Source: an uncultured Candidatus Saccharibacteria bacterium
Lineage (GTDB): Bacteria > Patescibacteriota > Saccharimonadia > Saccharimonadales > Saccharimonadaceae
Assembly (NCBI GenBank): GCA_964431025.1
Contig: CAYSIB010000001.1
Span: forward strand, 9,457 to 73,456
DNA length: 64,000 nt
Direction: 5' to 3'
The position numbers and the translations under genes are program-made. The notes beneath the pieces are model-generated. The model did no database searches and was not told the DNA's origin. It worked only from the letters and a program-made list of their open reading frames with translations. Numbering within the stretch: position 1 is the stretch's first letter; each line of letters opens with the position of its first letter. Shown piece after piece: positions 1 to 10,348 of the stretch.

Positions 1-1
1 C

Positions 2-808
2 GTCCAAATGCACTTTGACCATGATACTGACCCTATTTCTATCCTCGCTAGCTCTAAGACTCTTTCTGACTACGCCGAAAAACAAGCCCGCACCGAGACT
101 ATCAAGGCTCAGATTGCCGCTGGTATTGAAACGATTAAAGAACTAAAGGCAGACCTCGAAGGCCAAAAAGCTGATGTTGAACGCCTGATCGAAGAGCAAG
201 AAGGTCAACGCGCCGCTATCGCCGAAAAACGTGCCGAGCAACAGGAAATCGCCGATAAGTATCGCGACAATGCCGCCGCCTTCTCCGCTGACGCCGATGC
301 TAAGCATCAAGAAATGCTCGCCGAGGTCGAATGGATCCGTACTCAAATCCATAACGCTGGCAATATTGGTGGTCCTCGCACCACTGCCGGTTATGATACT
401 TATCCATGGCGCAACGGCTGTATGTACGAGAACCTCGGCCCATGGGCAGTTGTCAACTGGAAATCTGGTGGCTACGGTGGCCTTTACTGTCAGTGTGTAG
501 ACTATGCCGGTTGGAAAGTTTATGAATACACTCACGGTCAGGTCAACGCCGAGACTTGGGGCAACGCCAATATGTGGGGTAGCTCCGCTCGTCGCTATAG
601 TAAAATCTGGGTAGACGAAATCCCAGCCGCCAACACTGTTGCCGTCTCTGGCTACGGTGGCTACGGTCACGTCATGTGGGTGGAATCAGTCAACCCAGAC
701 GGCACTCTCAACATTTCTGAATACAACTGGTATCCATACGTTTTCTCAACTGGCGTCGTCACTAATCCATCTGGCCTACTTTATATTCACCTCGACAATT
801 ACCATTAA
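2..808 (+). CDS. Coiled-coil + CHAP domain peptidoglycan hydrolase (PcsB-like), 5'-truncated by window edge
   Basis: Heptad coiled coil followed by CHAP motifs QCVDYA, WGNANMW, GYGHVMWVE and ISEYNW; frame open to window start. Confidence 0.85.
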   Translation, partial: VQMHFDHDTDPISILASSKTLSDYAEKQARTETIKAQIAAGIETIKELKADLEGQKADVERLIEEQEGQRAAIAEKRAEQQEIADKYRDNAAAFSADADAKHQEMLAEVEWIRTQIHNAGNIGGPRTTAGYDTYPWRNGCMYENLGPWAVVNWKSGGYGGLYCQCVDYAGWKVYEYTHGQVNAETWGNANMWGSSARRYSKIWVDEIPAANTVAVSGYGGYGHVMWVESVNPDGTLNISEYNWYPYVFSTGVVTNPSGLLYIHLDNYH

Positions 809-828
809 TACTGTGGTAAAATAGAAGA

Positions 829-2010
829 ATGACAAAACCAAAAACTCGCAAAGTTAATCTTGGCGGAGCCATCGTTATTTCCGCCGTCACCTTAATCATT
901 GGTGTATTTATCGGTATCAACTGGAACAAAGTCTCTAACTCTTTCTTGCCATATCTCGGGTTTAAATCTACTACCACTACCGACTGGTCTTCGCTCGACG
1001 AAGTTTATAGCGAGTTGGTTGCTAAATATGACGGCAACGTCGACAAGAACGCCGTCATTGAGGGCGCCAAAAAGGGCATTGCCGCCTCCGTCGGCGACGT
1101 CTATACTGCCTACATGACCGCGGAAGAAGCCACCGATTTTAACAAATCCCTCCATGGTGATGTCGGCTCTGGTATCGGCGTTGTCCTTGCCAAGCGCGAC
1201 GGCTACATTAGGATTGTCCGCACCCTACCTGATAACCCTGCATCTAAAGCTGGCATTCTTTCAGGTGATATCATTTACAAAATTAACGGTGAACCAGTTT
1301 ACACCTTAGAAGCTGACGAAATCGCCACCAAACTCCGCGGCGCTTCTGGTACAGAAGTCGAGCTTACCGTTGTCCGAGACGGAGAAGAAAAGTCCTTCAA
1401 ACTCACCCGCGAAGCCATTAATAATGTCTCTGCCTACATTGACTATAATGGCAACACCGCTATCATCCATGTTACTCGCTTTGACACTGACACCGGCAGT
1501 ATCGTTCGCGATTTTACCAAAGAATTTAGTGACAAGGGAATCAATAAAGTCATTCTAGACCTCCGCGATAACGGTGGTGGCTACGTTTCCGCCGCCAAGG
1601 ACTTGCTCAGTCTTTGGATTGATAGTAAGGCCGTTCTCATCCAAAAATCCGCCAAACTTCCTGACGACACTACTTATGCCTCCCATGGTCAAGCCGTCCT
1701 CTCCGACACAAAGACTGTCGTCCTTACTAATGGCAGTACCGCCTCTGCTTCAGAAATCGTCGCTGGCGCACTCAAAGATTACAACAAAGCCACCATCATC
1801 GGCGAAAAAACCTACGGCAAAGGCGTCGTCCAACAACTAGTGAATCTCAGTGGCGGCACCCTACTTAAAGTCACTACCGCCCACTGGTACACGCCAAACG
1901 GCAATTCCATCAATGGTACTGGCATCACCCCAGACAAAGAAGTCACCCGCTCCTACGAAGACATCAATCTGAACCGCGATCCCCAGATGGACGCCGCCCT
2001 TGCTTACTAG
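829..2010 (+). CDS. ctpA: S41 family carboxyl-terminal processing protease (PDZ)
   Basis: N-terminal TM, GIGV PDZ motif, DLRDNGGG, ASASEIVAGALKD, GEKTYGKG. Confidence 0.92.
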   Translation: MTKPKTRKVNLGGAIVISAVTLIIGVFIGINWNKVSNSFLPYLGFKSTTTTDWSSLDEVYSELVAKYDGNVDKNAVIEGAKKGIAASVGDVYTAYMTAEEATDFNKSLHGDVGSGIGVVLAKRDGYIRIVRTLPDNPASKAGILSGDIIYKINGEPVYTLEADEIATKLRGASGTEVELTVVRDGEEKSFKLTREAINNVSAYIDYNGNTAIIHVTRFDTDTGSIVRDFTKEFSDKGINKVILDLRDNGGGYVSAAKDLLSLWIDSKAVLIQKSAKLPDDTTYASHGQAVLSDTKTVVLTNGSTASASEIVAGALKDYNKATIIGEKTYGKGVVQQLVNLSGGTLLKVTTAHWYTPNGNSINGTGITPDKEVTRSYEDINLNRDPQMDAALAY

Positions 2011-2046
2011 AAAAATCTTCAAATTTTGGTATAATATATATAATAT

Positions 2047-2259
2047 ATGGTTGTTAAGGTCTATTACACTAATACCTGTACCTATTGCCATGTTCTGATG
2101 GATTGGCTTGATTCACTTGGTGTGAAATATCAAGAAATTAACGCCGAGACCACAAAAGACGTCAAATCCGTCCCGCTGACGGAAATTGGCAAGCACCGTA
2201 TCACTGGCCTAGACCGCCCAGCCATCCTGAAAGCATTAAAAGAAGAGGGAATCATCTAA
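2047..2259 (+). CDS. Glutaredoxin/NrdH-like redoxin
   Basis: 70 aa, CTYC motif, SVP cis-Pro motif. Confidence 0.8.
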   Translation: MVVKVYYTNTCTYCHVLMDWLDSLGVKYQEINAETTKDVKSVPLTEIGKHRITGLDRPAILKALKEEGII

Positions 2260-2975
2260 TGAAACAGAGCATTATCTTTATGCATGGCTTCCGCGGCAGC
2301 TCACTTGGCATGGAAAAAGTCGCCGCACATTTTGATAGCAAAAAATATGACGTCTACGTTCCTGATATTCCACCCGCCGGAGACGAATCTCTCCCGGAAT
2401 ATTCTCCTCGCTTCTACGCTCGTTTCTTGGCTCGCTATATCAAAGACAATGATATCAAAAACCCTATCCTTGTTGGTCATTCCATGGGGTCTATCATTGC
2501 TGCTATTATGGCTGAGCGCTATCCTGATTTAATCAATCAGAAATTGATCCTCATGTCACCAATCTCCGCCAGGACTGGCCGATTCTTCAGGATGCTGACA
2601 CCGCTCTCTGTACTTCTATCTAATAACACTATCAGCTTTATTACGACTAAATTTCTTTTCGTCCCAAAAAACAAACGCCTCTTCAAGGAATCCTTACTTC
2701 TAACCAAACACTGTGGCGCCAACTATGTTAGTCGCTTTGACGTTTTTAAGGCTGCTAAGTTTTCTACGGAATATTCTATCGCCGACTTTTCTTTTGACAA
2801 AAAAGTCTGCATTATTGCTGGCGACAAAGACCGCCTCATCCCACATAAGAAAACCGACATTTTAGCTGCCAACCTTAATACCAAACCTATCTATATTAAA
2901 AACGCCGGGCATCTCATCAATTACGAAACACCCGGTGAAGTCGCCAAACAGATTAAGAAGTTTTTGAAGGCGTAA
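2259..2975 (+). CDS. Alpha/beta hydrolase
   Basis: HGF oxyanion motif, GHSMG nucleophile elbow, GDKD and AGH catalytic Asp/His motifs. Confidence 0.88.
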   Translation: MKQSIIFMHGFRGSSLGMEKVAAHFDSKKYDVYVPDIPPAGDESLPEYSPRFYARFLARYIKDNDIKNPILVGHSMGSIIAAIMAERYPDLINQKLILMSPISARTGRFFRMLTPLSVLLSNNTISFITTKFLFVPKNKRLFKESLLLTKHCGANYVSRFDVFKAAKFSTEYSIADFSFDKKVCIIAGDKDRLIPHKKTDILAANLNTKPIYIKNAGHLINYETPGEVAKQIKKFLKA

Positions 2976-4218
2976 GCTCGATCGCTTTCTGATAAATCTC
3001 TTCAAAGCGCGACAGGGTATGATTAATGTCGTGCTTTTTTGCGACTTCAATACTCCCAGCGCCGTATTTTTCTTGCAACGCCTTGTTTGTCAAAATCTTC
3101 ACCATTGCTCTTGCCATTTGCGCCACATTATCAGGCTTACAGAGAATACCATTTTTCTTGTTCTGACAAAGCTCCCTTACTGCCCCAGCATCTACTGCGA
3201 CAAGCGGTAATCCGGTCGCCGCCGCTTCAATCAATACGATCCCTTGTGTCTCAGTCTTGCTTGCAGTCGCAAATAGTGTCCCAGTCTTATAAATTTCCTG
3301 AAGCTCTGGCGGCATTACTCTACCTAAAAACCTCACCCTGTCGCTCAAGTTGTTTTCCGCCACCAGCTTTTCTAGCCCCGGCTTAGCAATCCCGTCCCCC
3401 ACAATCAAAAACTCCGCTTCTGGAACTTTCTTCGCCACAATGGTAAACGCTTCTACTACTTCTTCGATTGATTTTTCTGGGTCAACCCGCCCCACATACA
3501 GCACTCTAGGCCTCTTCAAATCAATCGCATATTTCTTCACTATTTCCGCCTTTGGCTTACCCGGATTAAAGGCAGAAAGATCCACTCCATTAGATAGCGC
3601 TTCCACCGACACTTTGAAATGCTTTCGATTCTTTGGTACCAAATCATTAATCGCCATCTCTGTTGGCATGGTTGCATATTCACTATGCTTTAGAAAACTC
3701 GCCATATAGGCCCGCACTGCCGCATCTACCGGCTTTTTCACCGGCTTTAGGAACTTGAATTGCCCCGTCACGTTATCTGGATAAGCATGTCCCGTTGTTA
3801 CAAGCGGCGTATTATTCTTCCTCACATAATGCATCACCGCGATTGCAATTGTCTCCGCTGTCTGAAGATGAATTACGTCCGGCTGAAAATCATCTAACGC
3901 CTTTTTTACTTCAGAAAGCGCCCGCGTAGACCACCAAATTCCGTTTTTATAGGCCAACCTTGGCATAGGCATACCCAGAAATTCTTTCTGCTTTGGCACC
4001 TCATTAATCTGATCTGGATAGAATGGGAACTTAGCCGAGGTCAAATGTACCGTCTTCACACCACATTCATTTTCGACATGATATTCGCCCTTAAAACTCG
4101 GACAAATCACCATCACCTCATGTCCGCGCTTTGCTAGTCCCAGTGCCAAATTATGAGAAAAAACCGCCACTCCGTTTGTCATTGGATAATAGATATCAGA
4201 GGCGATTGCAATTTTCAT
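2953..4218 (-). CDS. GT4 glycosyltransferase (diacylglycerol glycosyltransferase-like)
   Basis: MKIAIASDIYYPMTNGV start, YVGRVDPEK, ETQGIVLIEA donor-binding motif. Confidence 0.88.
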   Translation of the reverse strand: MKIAIASDIYYPMTNGVAVFSHNLALGLAKRGHEVMVICPSFKGEYHVENECGVKTVHLTSAKFPFYPDQINEVPKQKEFLGMPMPRLAYKNGIWWSTRALSEVKKALDDFQPDVIHLQTAETIAIAVMHYVRKNNTPLVTTGHAYPDNVTGQFKFLKPVKKPVDAAVRAYMASFLKHSEYATMPTEMAINDLVPKNRKHFKVSVEALSNGVDLSAFNPGKPKAEIVKKYAIDLKRPRVLYVGRVDPEKSIEEVVEAFTIVAKKVPEAEFLIVGDGIAKPGLEKLVAENNLSDRVRFLGRVMPPELQEIYKTGTLFATASKTETQGIVLIEAAATGLPLVAVDAGAVRELCQNKKNGILCKPDNVAQMARAMVKILTNKALQEKYGAGSIEVAKKHDINHTLSRFEEIYQKAIELTPSKTS

Positions 4219-4236
4219 GTTATAATATATTATATC
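4219..4236. promoter_or_regulatory. Back-to-back TATAAT boxes serving divergent GT4 and smpB genes
   Basis: 18-bp near-palindromic intergenic gttataatatattatatc has TATAAT on both strands. Confidence 0.55.
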
Positions 4237-4650
4237 ATGAAAAAGCCAAAGTCAGGAGACAGCGTCACCGTCAATCGCCGCGCAAGATATGATTATGCGC
4301 TAGGCGAAGAATTGTCATGCGGCATGAGTTTAACTGGCCCAGAAGTTCGTCAAATTCGTGACCATCACGTCCAGCTAAAAGGCTCTTTTGTAACGATAAG
4401 AAACGGGGAGCTATGGCTAAACAACCTCACCCTCGGTGCTGATACTGCTAGAAATATTAAGCTTCTCGTTACCAAGCGCCAACTCCGTGACCTAGCACGC
4501 GCTCGCCAAGACGGCTACGCCCTTGTCCCAGTTCGACTCCTCGGTGGAGGACGTCATATCAAACTCGTCATTGCTACCGCCAAAGGTAAAAAGAAATACG
4601 ATAAACGTGAAACTATCAAAAAACGCGACTTTGACCGCGGGAGAGCCTAA
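4237..4650 (+). CDS. smpB: SsrA-binding protein
   Basis: NRRARYDY, GMSLTGPEVRQIR, GKKKYDKRETIKKRD; start reset to ATG at 4237. Confidence 0.93.
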   Translation: MKKPKSGDSVTVNRRARYDYALGEELSCGMSLTGPEVRQIRDHHVQLKGSFVTIRNGELWLNNLTLGADTARNIKLLVTKRQLRDLARARQDGYALVPVRLLGGGRHIKLVIATAKGKKKYDKRETIKKRDFDRGRA

Positions 4651-4653
4651 ACT

Positions 4654-5460
4654 ATGTCTAGTTACAACATATTCTCATGGAATGTCAATGGCATCAGAGC
4701 GATTCTCAAGAAAGGCGCTTTCCAGAACCTAATCGAAGAAGAGCATCCTGATATTATCTGCCTCCAAGAAACTAAGGCCAAACAGGGCCAAGCCGAGGTT
4801 GATCTGCCAGATTATGAAGAAATCTGGAATGATGCCAAGCGCGCCGGCTATTCTGGCACCGCCATTTTTACCAAGACCACACCACTTCAGATTATCAAGG
4901 GCTTTTCTGAGAATATTAATAGTAGCTACAACTGGGAAGATGACCAACATGGCAGCCCTCTAGACGAAGGCCGCGTTCTTACTGCCGAATATCCAGAATT
5001 TTTCCTTGTCACTGTCTATACACCAAACAGCAAACACGAACTCACCCGGCTAAAGCTCCGCGAGCTACTCTGGGATCCAGCTTTCTTAAAATACTTAAAA
5101 GAACTAGAAAAATCAAAACCAGTCGTAGTCTGCGGTGATTTTAACGCCGCTCATACCGAAATCGACCTCGCTCGTCCAAAAGATAACGAAGAAAACGCTG
5201 GTTATACCAAGGAAGAACGCCGGGGAATCACTAATCTCATTGACGCTGGCTTCATCGACACCTTCCGTCTCTTCCATCCTGACGAAAAGAAATACACCTG
5301 GTGGACTTGGCGCGCTCGCGCTCGCGAAAGAAACATTGGCTGGCGCATCGATTATTTCTTTGTTAGCAAATCCCTCAAAAACAACCTCAAATCCGCCGAA
5401 ATCTACGATCATTTAGACGGCTCTGACCACTGCCCAATTTCCATCAGGCTAGAATTTTAG
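4654..5460 (+). CDS. xth: Exodeoxyribonuclease III / AP endonuclease
   Basis: SWNVNGIRA, LQETK, GDFNAAH, GWRIDY, SDHCP. Confidence 0.95.
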   Translation: MSSYNIFSWNVNGIRAILKKGAFQNLIEEEHPDIICLQETKAKQGQAEVDLPDYEEIWNDAKRAGYSGTAIFTKTTPLQIIKGFSENINSSYNWEDDQHGSPLDEGRVLTAEYPEFFLVTVYTPNSKHELTRLKLRELLWDPAFLKYLKELEKSKPVVVCGDFNAAHTEIDLARPKDNEENAGYTKEERRGITNLIDAGFIDTFRLFHPDEKKYTWWTWRARARERNIGWRIDYFFVSKSLKNNLKSAEIYDHLDGSDHCPISIRLEF

Positions 5461-5467
5461 GAGTAAT

Positions 5468-6259
5468 ATGGAAAAATACGATTACTGGCAAAAAAATCAA
5501 GATTTGAAGCTCTTTGCTGACCTCTCTTGGAATATTCCAGAACAAAAAACCGGCACCTTCAATATCGTCGGCGGAAACTCCGGCAGTTTTTCTACGGTCA
5601 TCCATACTGCCGAATATCTTGCTAAATCTTTCCCAATTAAAAAATTTAATATCTTGCTCCCAGACACCTTAAAAAACAAAGTCCCACCACTGCCCGACAT
5701 CACTTTTCTTCCTGCCACCGAATCTGGGTCTTTTGACAAATCTCCACTCTTAAACGAATTCGTTAGCTCTGCAGATTATTCCATCTTTGTCGGTGACTTG
5801 TCCAAAAACTCTGCCACCTGCATTGCCATTTCTGATGCCATCAAAAACAGTGAAAAACCCGTACTTCTCACTCGCGACACGATTGATTTATTACTCCCAG
5901 AGATGCCAAGCCTCTGTGAAAGGGAAGACACCGTCTTAGTCGGCTCGCTCGCACAATTCCAAAAAGTCTTCCGCGCCGTCTATTATCCTAAGGTCCTACT
6001 ACTTTCCATGCCACTTTTACCAATCGTCGAAGCGTTACACAAATTCACCCTGACTTATCCTGTCACCATCTTAACTTATTCTGGTAACCAAATTATCGTC
6101 GCATACGCTGGTCGCATCACTACTACGCCAATAGAAAAGACCAAATTCACTCCCATTACACTTTGGTCTGGCAACCTTGCCGCCGCCATTTCCGCCAATA
6201 ATTATTATTCTAAAGGCAAACCTCTAGAGGCCACAACTTTCAGTATAGACTGCGAGTAA
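5468..6259 (+). CDS. YjeF C-terminal / NAD(P)HX dehydratase-like protein (degenerate)
   Basis: N-terminal pattern (PEQKTGTFNIVGGN) resembles the carbohydrate-kinase-like YjeF_C family; recalled as typical of Saccharibacteria. Confidence 0.55.
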   Translation: MEKYDYWQKNQDLKLFADLSWNIPEQKTGTFNIVGGNSGSFSTVIHTAEYLAKSFPIKKFNILLPDTLKNKVPPLPDITFLPATESGSFDKSPLLNEFVSSADYSIFVGDLSKNSATCIAISDAIKNSEKPVLLTRDTIDLLLPEMPSLCEREDTVLVGSLAQFQKVFRAVYYPKVLLLSMPLLPIVEALHKFTLTYPVTILTYSGNQIIVAYAGRITTTPIEKTKFTPITLWSGNLAAAISANNYYSKGKPLEATTFSIDCE

Positions 6260-7462
6260 TTTTTCTATTCGAGCAGACTGCAAGATATTTTTTCTGTTTT
6301 CTAGCATCACTCGACTCATCTTTTCGATTTTTTCTGGATTTCTGGCAATGTTGTCTAGTGCTCTTGCCATCTCTCTAGGACTTGGCCCATCCGCCATTAC
6401 ATATCCGCCTTCTGGCACTGATTCTTTCATGTCTGGATCACAGAAAAACACTGGCAACCCCGTCGCTTCAGCCTCTAAAAGCGTCAACCCTTGCGTATCG
6501 AAGCCAAAAGATACCGTCGCAGAAATATGCTGCCCCAGCATCTTGTCTAACACCTCTTCGTGTGGCACCCGTCCATAAAACACGACTTTTTGTTCCATAC
6601 CATTCTTCTTCACAAATTGTTTAGCCTGAGATAAGGCGTTACCATCCCCACAGGCCGAGAAGAAATACGGAGCCTTCATCATCGACAATGCTTCTAGAAA
6701 CGGCATAATACGTTTTTCATGAGATAATCTACTATTCCAAAAAATCCGAAGCAAATCTCCTTGCTCCAGTTTCCGGATAAGGCTACCGTTCACTTTGCGT
6801 ACGCGTTTATCAATATCCGCCACCGTCTCATCCGCCACACCATTAGAAACTACCGTAATCGGCTTTTTCACGCCGTATTTTTTGAGCCTATCCGCAAAAT
6901 GCTTAGACGGTGTAATTACTCTGTCGGCATAGTTGGCATGATTTACCATCAAAGTCCACATCTTTGCGGTTGCTATAGTATCCGCCAAACCCTTATCCCG
7001 CTTCACTTTTGTAGGGTGCGGAATATAACGCCCGTGCAGGAAACATAGCACGCATCCAACTAGTGTCTTAAATGGATGTGGAATGTTCACTTTTACCGCC
7101 ATATCCTCTCTACCATGCATGGTCTGGACTAGCGAGCGAGAAAATCTCCGTGCCAATTTCATGCCAGCGATCGAACAGCTCGCTTCATAGTGCACATGTA
7201 CTACATCAAAATCAAACTTGGGATATTCAGAAAGTACATAATCTATCACCTTTTCTGGACGAAGCGACAATGGCGCACCATTAGCGCGCAAAATCTTATG
7301 GGTTGGCACAATTTTTACGTCTGCATCTTTTGTCTTAAAACCCGGCGCAAACACCGTTACTTCATGCCCCAGTTCTTTAAGGCTCTCTTTCTGAGCTGTA
7401 ATAGAAGAGGGGATCCCCCCAGGAACCTCCAAGAATACATCCGTAAAAATTGCAATTTTCAT
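6224..7462 (-). CDS. GT4 glycosyltransferase
   Basis: MKIAIFTDVFLEVPGGI start, SRLSHEKR, DTQGLTLLEA. Confidence 0.87.
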   Translation of the reverse strand: MKIAIFTDVFLEVPGGIPSSITAQKESLKELGHEVTVFAPGFKTKDADVKIVPTHKILRANGAPLSLRPEKVIDYVLSEYPKFDFDVVHVHYEASCSIAGMKLARRFSRSLVQTMHGREDMAVKVNIPHPFKTLVGCVLCFLHGRYIPHPTKVKRDKGLADTIATAKMWTLMVNHANYADRVITPSKHFADRLKKYGVKKPITVVSNGVADETVADIDKRVRKVNGSLIRKLEQGDLLRIFWNSRLSHEKRIMPFLEALSMMKAPYFFSACGDGNALSQAKQFVKKNGMEQKVVFYGRVPHEEVLDKMLGQHISATVSFGFDTQGLTLLEAEATGLPVFFCDPDMKESVPEGGYVMADGPSPREMARALDNIARNPEKIEKMSRVMLENRKNILQSARIEKLLAVYTESCGL

Positions 7463-7474
7463 TTTCCACCCCTA

Positions 7475-8236
7475 TTATACTGCCGTATAGCCTCCATCAA
7501 CCGGGAGAATTGCGCCAGTCACATATGATGCTTCTTTACTTGCTAGGAAAATCGCCGCTGCGTTTAACTCGCCTTCCTGGCCGTATCTTTGCATTGGTAC
7601 ATGTACCTTAGCAAACTGTTGGAAAGTCTCCGTATCAAGCACCGGTTGCGTCAATTCCGTATAAAAATAACCTGGGCAAATTGCATTACAAGTAATGCCA
7701 TCCGTTGCAAGCTCTGCCGCCACGGCACGCGTAAAGTTTACCACCGCGCCCTTAGAAGCATGATAGGCGATAGTCGGAATTTCTGTATTACCAACCAAGC
7801 CATACATAGAAGCAATATTGATGATACGTCCATATTTTTTCTTTTTCATGATGTTTCCAAAAGCGCGAGTCATCTTGAATACGCTTGTTTCGTCTGTCGC
7901 AATCGTAAAATCCCACTCATCATCCGCCATATCGAGGACGCCCTTATCTTTGGAAGAACCGGCACAGTTTAAGAGAATATCTACTTTACCATATTCTTTT
8001 TCAACGGCAGCCGCCGCATCATTGATGCTTTCCGTAGAGGTTACGTCACACTGTACTGGCAAGACTTTTACCTTGTATTCTTTTTCTAGTTCTTCGGCAA
8101 ATTTCTCTAGCCTATCCATGCGGCGTGCCAAAATCGCAAGATTAGCACCCTGCTTTGCAAAGCCTTTCGCCATTTGCTTACCAAGTCCAGAGCTTGCTCC
8201 AGTCACAACTGCTACCCGCCCCTTGAGATCAAACAT
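7475..8236 (-). CDS. Short-chain dehydrogenase/reductase (gluconate 5-dehydrogenase-like)
   Basis: TGASSGLG, NIAS, YHASK, NAICPG, VDGG; strong SD aaggagg. Confidence 0.92.
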   Translation of the reverse strand: MFDLKGRVAVVTGASSGLGKQMAKGFAKQGANLAILARRMDRLEKFAEELEKEYKVKVLPVQCDVTSTESINDAAAAVEKEYGKVDILLNCAGSSKDKGVLDMADDEWDFTIATDETSVFKMTRAFGNIMKKKKYGRIINIASMYGLVGNTEIPTIAYHASKGAVVNFTRAVAAELATDGITCNAICPGYFYTELTQPVLDTETFQQFAKVHVPMQRYGQEGELNAAAIFLASKEASYVTGAILPVDGGYTAV

Positions 8237-8392
8237 ACATTTCCTCCTTAAAGTTACCTTACCATTATATCATAAAACCCCGGAACATGACCGGGGCGAA
8301 ACTCAACTCTACAACCTCATCTTAGCATAAGCGGACTGACTCGTCAAGACTTTCTCCCCAAAAATCCAAAATTATGCTATAATAACTGCATT

Positions 8393-8479
8393 GGGCGAAT
8401 GGCGGAACTGGTAGACGCGCTAGACTCAAAATCTTGTGACAGCAATGTCGTGTGGGTTCAAGTCCCACTTCGCCCACCA
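8393..8479 (+). tRNA. tRNA-Leu(CAA)
   Basis: Acceptor gggcgaa/ttcgccc, anticodon loop ctCAAaa, long variable arm, GGTTCAAGTCC, encoded CCA; tgctataat upstream. Confidence 0.95.
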
Positions 8480-8507
8480 AATAACTTGACTTTGGTGGAC
8501 ACGTCCC

Positions 8508-9584
8508 GTGAAAAAAGTACAGAAAGAAAAAGAACTTCGTAAAAATAGCGTAAAAAGTTTGGTAATCAGTATTTCCTTCTTTTTAGCGCTACTTTTTTTG
8601 ACTTTTTGGCTTATCTTCAAAGACCAGGATCTTGGCAAAATTTTTGAAATTGCCGGACGCGCGAATATCTGGTGGATATTACTCGGTCTTGTTATTATGC
8701 TGGGTTACTTCTTTGTTCAATCTTGGAATGTCAAAACCATTCTTGTCTCCCTTGGGGAAAAAGTCCCCATGAAGAAGATGCTAAAATTCACCCTTATCGA
8801 ATTTTTCTTCTGCGGTATGACCCCTAGCGCCAGCGGTGGCCAACCTCTAGAAATCTACTATATGAACAAAGAGGGTATCTCCGCCCCAAAAGCTACTATG
8901 GCGATCTTTATCCAGCTCTGCGGCTATCAAATCGCCGTCATGACATTTGGCATTATCTCTGTTTTATTCTTGCCATACAAGCTCCCTCCAGGGGTCTTTA
9001 TGTTCTTTACAATTGGACTCCTGATTAACGGTATCGCCCTCCTTGTTCTATTGTCCTGCGTCTTCTTACCAAAAATTGCCCAACTAGCTGCTCATGGCCT
9101 CGTCGTAATCTTGCGCAAAACCCATTTCAAGAAAGTTGATCAAATCGAAGAAAGTCTGAACAGCGGTCTAGAGCAGTATGCTAAAAACGCTGCCTTTATT
9201 AAAGCTCACAAAAAACTTTTCGCACAGGCTGTCGCACGCGTTTTTGGACAAGTGGCGTTATATTACATCGTGCCATTCTGCGTCTACAAAGCCTTTGGAT
9301 TAACCGATCACAATCTATTTGAACTCTTTGCTATGCAATCCGTCCTCTTTATCGCTACTGCCGGTTTCCCAGTACCAGGCTCCGTCGGTTTGTCAGAAAC
9401 TGTCTTTCTCGCTCTCTATGGCTCCGTCTTTGGCGCAGAGCTCATCAGTTCTGCTATGCTACTTAACCGCGGAATTACTTTTTATCTCTTTATCATCATT
9501 AGCGCCCTTATCGTGCTTGGCAATATCGTCTTTCTCAAATTCTTCTACGACAAAGCTAAGGAACTTCCCGACAGACGCTCATGA
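8508..9584 (+). CDS. Lysylphosphatidylglycerol synthase TM / flippase-like membrane protein (UPF0104)
   Basis: Multi-TM, TPSASGGQP, PGSVGLSE, RGITFY. Confidence 0.82.
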   Translation: MKKVQKEKELRKNSVKSLVISISFFLALLFLTFWLIFKDQDLGKIFEIAGRANIWWILLGLVIMLGYFFVQSWNVKTILVSLGEKVPMKKMLKFTLIEFFFCGMTPSASGGQPLEIYYMNKEGISAPKATMAIFIQLCGYQIAVMTFGIISVLFLPYKLPPGVFMFFTIGLLINGIALLVLLSCVFLPKIAQLAAHGLVVILRKTHFKKVDQIEESLNSGLEQYAKNAAFIKAHKKLFAQAVARVFGQVALYYIVPFCVYKAFGLTDHNLFELFAMQSVLFIATAGFPVPGSVGLSETVFLALYGSVFGAELISSAMLLNRGITFYLFIIISALIVLGNIVFLKFFYDKAKELPDRRS

Positions 9585-10348
9585 AAACTGTATATTATTC
9601 CGACTATACCGACAATTTTGTTGAGACCAAGAATCAAAGCAAAACCGTCCCAGAAAACTATAAATTTATCAAGAAAAACCCGCTCTACAATTTTACTGGC
9701 GCAGGCCTTTTTATCGTCCTAAAAATTATCGCCTTTTTCTATGGCAAATTCGCTCTTGACCTAAAAATAGTAGGGAAAGATAAGTTAAAATCTTTTGTCA
9801 AATCCGAAAAGAAAGGCTACTTCCTTTACGCTAACCACACCCTTACCCTAGGGGACGTCTTCAATCCAGCACTCTATAATCCAATTCACCCCTATTATAT
9901 TTGTGATAGTTCCAACCTTGGCATCCCCGTTCTTGGGCCAATTCTTCCCATGGTTGGCGCTTTGCCAATTCCAGAATCCATCCGCGGCAAGAAACACCTT
10001 TTTGACGCTATTTCTACCCGCGCCAAACAGAAAAAGGCCATCGTCATTTATCCCGAGGCACACCTCTGGCCATATTACACTGATATCCGTCCTTTTGAAT
10101 CTTCCGCTTTTTCTCTCCCAGTCAGAGAAAAACTCCCCGTTTTTACCGCTACCACGGTCTACACTAAATGGAAAAACCACAAAAAACCGCGCGTCACCAT
10201 TTATATCGACGGCCCATTTACCGCCAACGAAAAGTTTGACAAAAAAGCTCGCTCCGCCTCTTTAGAACTTCAAGCTCGCACCGCCATGGAAGCTCGCACT
10301 AAATTATCTACCGTAAAATACATCACCTACAAAAAACGCGAAAGCTAA
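9581..10348 (+). CDS. PlsC-like lysophospholipid acyltransferase
   Basis: ANHTLTLGD (HX4-5D), IYPEAH. Confidence 0.8.
   Translation: MKTVYYSDYTDNFVETKNQSKTVPENYKFIKKNPLYNFTGAGLFIVLKIIAFFYGKFALDLKIVGKDKLKSFVKSEKKGYFLYANHTLTLGDVFNPALYNPIHPYYICDSSNLGIPVLGPILPMVGALPIPESIRGKKHLFDAISTRAKQKKAIVIYPEAHLWPYYTDIRPFESSAFSLPVREKLPVFTATTVYTKWKNHKKPRVTIYIDGPFTANEKFDKKARSASLELQARTAMEARTKLSTVKYITYKKRES

Noticed and set aside
4237-4700. tmRNA next to smpB
   Set aside because: xth follows directly; no tRNA-like ssrA ends were recognised anywhere in the window.
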